The position numbers and the translations under genes are program-made. From a virus (taxonomy: Duplodnaviria > Heunggongvirae > Uroviricota > Caudoviricetes), in IMG/VR virus record IMGVR_UViG_3300010383_000113, positions 1 through 37,829 of that record: DNA of 37,829 nt; one strand, written 5' to 3'. Positions 34,353 to 37,829 of the stretch are shown here, piece after piece. The notes beneath the pieces were generated by a model that made no database searches, was not told the origin of the DNA, and was given only the letters and a program-made list of their open reading frames with translations. Position 1 is the first letter of the stretch, and each line of letters starts with the position of its first letter.

Positions 34353-34573
34353 GACGACTCACTCCGTTCGTCGGGAGCAGGGAGGGGTTCGAGCCAGATC
34401 TCATGGATCACGATTTGTGGCCCATCTTGGAGTTCGGCCAGGAAGATGTGCGGTTGTCGCGGGTGGTATCGGACGATGGCGTGGGCGTCCCCGGTGGGGC
34501 TGTAATTGAATCTCATCTTGAGGTATTCGAGATAGTGGGGATTGATCCTCACTCGGTCGCCGGCCTTGAACAT
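34349..34573 (-). CDS. Small SH3/KOW-like protein
   Basis: MFKAGDRVRI; bracketed by motif pair 34374/34581. Confidence 0.65.
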   Translation of the reverse strand: MFKAGDRVRINPHYLEYLKMRFNYSPTGDAHAIVRYHPRQPHIFLAELQDGPQIVIHEIWLEPLPAPDERSESS

Positions 34574-34603
34574 CGCCCCTCCCTGCTCCTCTTCTCGTGG
34601 TAT

Positions 34604-34774
34604 TCAGTGGGAGCGGGCCTGGATCATCTCCCGGACGCAGGCGGCCCGGAACAAATCTCCCATGTCGACGGACAGTTCGTGCTCCTGATAGAGTTCGTCG
34701 ATGGTGGCGTCCTCCAGGAACCGGCGGATGTTGGTGCGGACCTGGAGGTGATAGGCGGTCATGAAATAGGGCAC
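34604..34774 (-). CDS. Small protein, paralog of 37536-37688
   Basis: Own translation MPYFMTAYHLQVRTNIRRFLEDATIDELYQEHELSVDMGDLFRAACVREMIQARSH. Confidence 0.75.
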   Translation of the reverse strand: MPYFMTAYHLQVRTNIRRFLEDATIDELYQEHELSVDMGDLFRAACVREMIQARSH

Positions 34775-34808
34775 GGTCGTCTCCTAATGGGGAGGAGCAG
34801 GGAGGGGA

Positions 34809-35288
34809 TCACTGGTAAATCGGCTTGATGATCAGGTCTCCGGTCGTCTTGGCGGTCTTGGTGGGTTGTCGTTCGGTGATGATGAAGGCCATGAGGTGAT
34901 TGGGGAATGGCGTATGTCTGTAGGTGTCCGGATAGTGCGGGGGGACGTATCCCCCGGGGTTTCCGATATAGCCGGCCGGCTTGACGTCGAATGTCCGGTC
35001 TTCGCCGCGAATCGGGACGACCAGCGGCTTGACGTTCATGGTGCGGAGGGCTTCAGGCGAGGCGAACAGGTATCCTCGGCTGTAGTCGGGATCGCCCTTA
35101 GGCCCCTTCCAGACGACCGAGGCCCGAGCGTCCATCGGCGTCCCGGACGAATCGAAACCCGGACCAAGCTCGAAGACCGCCATTACGACGACGTCGTCAG
35201 GCAGGCCGTAAGTCTGGTTGTACCACACGATCGAATCTCCAATGGGGAGTAGCAGGGAGGGCCGCCCCTGAATATAGGACAGCCCCAC
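34809..35288 (-). CDS. Hypothetical protein (true start probably a GTG near 35228)
   Basis: Open frame; GGAG RBS near 35237. Confidence 0.55.
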   Translation of the reverse strand: MGLSYIQGRPSLLLPIGDSIVWYNQTYGLPDDVVVMAVFELGPGFDSSGTPMDARASVVWKGPKGDPDYSRGYLFASPEALRTMNVKPLVVPIRGEDRTFDVKPAGYIGNPGGYVPPHYPDTYRHTPFPNHLMAFIITERQPTKTAKTTGDLIIKPIYQ

Positions 35289-35304
35289 CCCCTGCTCCGG
35301 TTTT

Positions 35305-35571
35305 TCAGGCTGCTTTGGCCCTGCGGACGATGGTCAGGGCTTCCCTTTCCCTTCGGTTCAGCGTCCAGTCGATCGGTCGGCCCGACACCATGACCCTGAT
35401 GTCCGCGTCCATCCCCATCCTCTTGAGGGCCCGGCGGAGCCGCTTGACGTCCGCATGGTTCCGGTCGTGGTTCAGGGAGGAGTATCCGAGGGTTTCCAAA
35501 TTCCATTGGTCGGATGTCGTCGTGCCGTACAGTCGTCCGCTTTCGTCTCGGGAAAGGCTTATCGTGATCAT
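35305..35571 (-). CDS. Hypothetical protein
   Basis: 88 aa ORF. Confidence 0.65.
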   Translation of the reverse strand: MITISLSRDESGRLYGTTTSDQWNLETLGYSSLNHDRNHADVKRLRRALKRMGMDADIRVMVSGRPIDWTLNRREREALTIVRRAKAA

Positions 35572-35590
35572 CGTCCGGCCCTCTCGTCGA

Positions 35591-35773
35591 TCAGGTGAAT
35601 TTCAAACGTCCCGACGCGGTCGCGGTCTTGAGCCGGGATCCCACCAGGCGGATCGGCTTCGCGTCCGGGTGGTCGCATGGGGGACGCGGGACGTCGAGCG
35701 AAGTGCCGAACACGGACGCCATCCTGACCAGCCGCCTTTGCACGTCTTGTCGGACCTTGTCGCGATAGTGCAT
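35591..35773 (-). CDS. Small basic protein
   Basis: MHYRDKVRQD...; AGGAG RBS. Confidence 0.55.
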   Translation of the reverse strand: MHYRDKVRQDVQRRLVRMASVFGTSLDVPRPPCDHPDAKPIRLVGSRLKTATASGRLKFT

Positions 35774-35804
35774 GTTGGAGACTCCTAAAGAGGTTCCGAG
35801 GGGA

Positions 35805-35999
35805 TCAGGCGAAGACCACGCCCACCCCGTCGCCTTCCCGCCAACGGATCCGCTCCACCATCTCGGACGCATCCGACGCATAGTGGAACGGCGTGGCGTT
35901 GTAGCTGCGATTCGTCCAGCGATAGAACCGGACGCCCGACCGCCTAATCTGGCGGAAATAGACCTTGCGACCGTTCCTCAAGAGCTTGACCAGGTACAT
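35805..35999 (-). CDS. Small basic protein
   Basis: 64 aa ORF. Confidence 0.6.
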   Translation of the reverse strand: MYLVKLLRNGRKVYFRQIRRSGVRFYRWTNRSYNATPFHYASDASEMVERIRWREGDGVGVVFA

Positions 36000-36072
36000 G
36001 AGAGACCCTTAAACGAAATCAGCCGACGTCCCTTTCGAGAAGCCGGCCGCACCGCGTCGAATTGGCGAAACC

Positions 36073-36315
36073 CTATCCCGCCCGCTTGCCCTTGCCCTCC
36101 CGATAGTCGCGTTCCATCTCGGCCAGCTCGGCTTCCGTGGCGAGCCCCTTCCGCACGACGGTCAGGACGACGCGACACACGCCGCTATTGTTCTGGAACG
36201 GATTGAGCGGCCCCTTGACGTGGTCGATCCGGATGACATGCCCCCTATGGTTGAAGTGTCTCCCCCTGACTGCATTCTCACGGCCGACGAGGTCGATTTG
36301 CATGGTGGTACGCAT
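36073..36315 (-). CDS. Hypothetical protein
   Basis: MRTTMQIDL... Confidence 0.6.
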   Translation of the reverse strand: MRTTMQIDLVGRENAVRGRHFNHRGHVIRIDHVKGPLNPFQNNSGVCRVVLTVVRKGLATEAELAEMERDYREGKGKRAG

Positions 36316-36343
36316 CTCCGACGGTTTGCCCTCCCTGCTACTC

Positions 36344-36574
36344 TCACAACGCCCAGGACGGATGATCGGCCGCATCTTCGACGGTTCGGCATCGGGTCGA
36401 CTTATGAATCGGAATCTTACGGCGGGTGAAACGCTCCCAGGCATAAACTTGATCATCGTCGTGTCCACACGGTTGTCCGACCCTGACGATCCGGCCGGAC
36501 GCCACCCATTGGCCAAAGGCCCGATAGACCAGCTCCACTATCTGCCCGATCTCGGCCTCACCTACCGTCATCAC
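36344..36574 (-). CDS. Hypothetical protein
   Basis: MTVGEAEIGQIVEL... Confidence 0.55.
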   Translation of the reverse strand: MMTVGEAEIGQIVELVYRAFGQWVASGRIVRVGQPCGHDDDQVYAWERFTRRKIPIHKSTRCRTVEDAADHPSWAL

Positions 36575-36614
36575 GGACTTTCCCTTTCGCAAATTGAGAA
36601 GAGTAGCAGGGAGG

Positions 36615-36878
36615 TCAGGGGAGATCGGGGACCGCATCTCGGTTGCCGGTCAGGACGCCGTATCGCGTCCCTAGGCTGGCGTAGACGAGATCCCCGGGCT
36701 TGTCGCCAACCATCGGCTCGTATCCTCCCCGGCGTCGCCACGATGCGTAGCTCTGCATGGCGTTGATGAAACCCTCGAAATCGGCGTCATCCCCATGCAG
36801 GCCATCCATGAGGACGGACGCCCCCTCTAAACACACTTTCGGATCCAACGTCGTAACCCCCACAAGCGGATTTCCCAA
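36615..36878 (-). CDS. Hypothetical protein
   Basis: DP..CL...Y.SWRRRGGYEP motif; bracketed by motif pair 36603/36902. Confidence 0.7.
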   Translation of the reverse strand: MGNPLVGVTTLDPKVCLEGASVLMDGLHGDDADFEGFINAMQSYASWRRRGGYEPMVGDKPGDLVYASLGTRYGVLTGNRDAVPDLP

Positions 36879-36923
36879 GGGGAGGGACGAACGCCGCCCC
36901 TCCCTGCTACCGGCGAAGCCGAC

Positions 36924-37151
36924 TCAATAGTCGGTGTCGGCCCGGACCCTTTCCCGGACGAGGTTCTCGGCCTTCTCGGGATCGGCCGAATCGTGGACGC
37001 GATGCCCCCATAGCACCATGACCAGGCCCGAATCGACGTGGTGGACGATCCCCTGGCATGATGGATACAGACCCCGGGCCAGGCACTCCGAATCCACCAA
37101 TCGGACCACGTTTCCGACGCTCAACTTCCGACCGTACGGATCCCTTTGCAT
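36924..37151 (-). CDS. Small SH3-like protein
   Basis: MQRDPYGRKLSVGNVVRL...GIV..V.VLW...AENLV. Confidence 0.7.
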   Translation of the reverse strand: MQRDPYGRKLSVGNVVRLVDSECLARGLYPSCQGIVHHVDSGLVMVLWGHRVHDSADPEKAENLVRERVRADTDY

Positions 37152-37234
37152 CCCACCAGACCTCCCACTAGACGGACCTTCCAAGTCAGATGGTAAGGCG
37201 GACGATCGCCCCTCCCTGCTACACGCCGAAGGCG

Positions 37235-37465
37235 TCAGACCTCTTGCGAGATGCGGTCTTTGCGGACGAGATTCGCGGTATTGACGCGGGACGGAATGTC
37301 GCCGTTCTTCCAATCGACGTCGGCAATGGTCATCGGGCCGACGTCCTTCAGGCTCAGGATCACGCCCCGGGCATGGGGGAGATCCCCCGAGTAGGCACCG
37401 ATGGAACGCAGCCATCCGGCCGAGTAGGCGACCTGATCCCCAACCTCAAACCTACGCTTCGCCAT
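37235..37465 (-). CDS. Small SH3-like protein
   Basis: FEVGDQVAY..ARGVI..ADVDW..VNTANLV. Confidence 0.75.
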   Translation of the reverse strand: MAKRRFEVGDQVAYSAGWLRSIGAYSGDLPHARGVILSLKDVGPMTIADVDWKNGDIPSRVNTANLVRKDRISQEV

Positions 37466-37535
37466 CGTCGAAAACCCCCTAGGCAGAACACCAGACGGAA
37501 TATCCCCACGCCGACCCGACGATCCGCCCCGTCCG

Positions 37536-37688
37536 TCAAGACTCCTCGATCAGTTCCCGGATGCAAGCCGCCCGGAAGGCGTCGCCTTTATCCAGGGAGA
37601 TTTGCAACTCCCGCCGGAGTTCGTCCATCGTCGCGACCATCAGGAACGCACGAATGTCCCGACGAATGGCCTTTTCACGATCGGTCAT
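37536..37688 (-). CDS. Small protein, paralog of 34604-34774
   Basis: IRRDIRAFLMVATMDELRRELQISLDKGDAFRAACIRELI. Confidence 0.75.
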   Translation of the reverse strand: MTDREKAIRRDIRAFLMVATMDELRRELQISLDKGDAFRAACIRELIEES

Positions 37689-37770
37689 CACAATCCCCCT
37701 TGTCTGTAGACGTACCTTCCAAGGGCCGGGATGGGACGTCCACCCAGGAACCCTCTCACACGGACGCAAT

Positions 37771-37829
37771 GTCCCCACGCCGGAATCGAACCGGCCGGGC
37801 CGAACGTGCGGCCCTACCCGCAAGGGGAC
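37771..37829 (-). ncRNA. tRNA-like structured element (not a canonical tRNA)
   Basis: GTCCCC...GGGGAC acceptor-like stem, GCCGG-TTCGATT-CCGGC T-arm, one internal stem GGGCCG/CGGCCC; sits at the window edge. Confidence 0.4.

Larger units (their letters stand above)
1404..37222. repeat. Dispersed asymmetric motif CCCTCCCTGCT(A/C)CTC, about 41 exact-core copies on both strands
   Basis: Core GKAGCAGGG on + at 1404,4474,5260,7215,9672,10172,13766,15225,17356,22069,26777,30222,32755,33349,34374,34794,35249,36603. Core CCCTGCTMC on + at 1423,4642,5356,7500,8043,9899,10954,14138,14509,16430,17402,22397,22877,23905,26686,30935,32969,34099,34581,35290,36333,36902,37214. Confidence 0.95.

Noticed and set aside
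35141-35165. T-loop-like strings here and near 3870-3886
   Set aside because: Both lie within ORFs, and no cloverleaf can be built around them.
137-36766. Many long plus-strand ORFs (e.g. 137-1111, 1799-2725, 11183-11947, 13654-14454, 19099-20007)
   Set aside because: They are antisense shadows of GC-rich minus-strand genes, with no recognisable motifs. The minus strand is already tiled with coupled genes.
1404-37222. Dispersed motif as a CRISPR or TIGR-like array
   Set aside because: Copies are irregularly spaced (tens of bp to over 4 kb), occur on both strands and inside CDSs, and no cas or Nop-domain gene is present.
5356-37235. Motif plus hairpin as classical REP/REPIN or a DGR
   Set aside because: The hairpin lies on the opposite side of GTAG compared with REPs, and no RAYT is present. 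No reverse transcriptase or TR/VR pair is visible in the window.
1-37829. High frequency of GTCGAC/TCGTCG words
   Set aside because: Explained by GTC, GAC and GAG codon usage in acidic proteins.

Overview
About 38 kb of GC-rich DNA packed with roughly 95 mostly short, abutting or overlapping genes, all on the minus strand. No rRNA, CRISPR array, virion structural genes or housekeeping operons are visible. This fits the accessory/early region of a large phage or phage-like element. Two PEP-CTERM proteins suggest a Gram-negative host such as a planctomycete (inference). Recognisable genes are an IsrB OMEGA nickase with its omegaRNA, a ParB/Spo0J protein, a sigma-70 factor, a thermonuclease, a HIRAN protein, a divergent GHKL ATPase and two Tat-signal proteins with a degenerate DnaB/RecA fold. 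The main unexplained signal is a dispersed asymmetric motif, CCCTCCCTGCT(A/C)CTC. I counted 41 exact copies of its 9-bp core by eye, against about 1 expected by chance. Copies occur on both strands and mostly form inverted pairs around one or two genes. About 11 copies are followed by a C-GNA-G triloop hairpin whose stem sequence varies while pairing is kept. The predicted IsrB guide contains a copy of this motif and has near-cognate sites followed by GTGA elsewhere in the window. All protein calls come from reading motifs by eye; no database searches were run.
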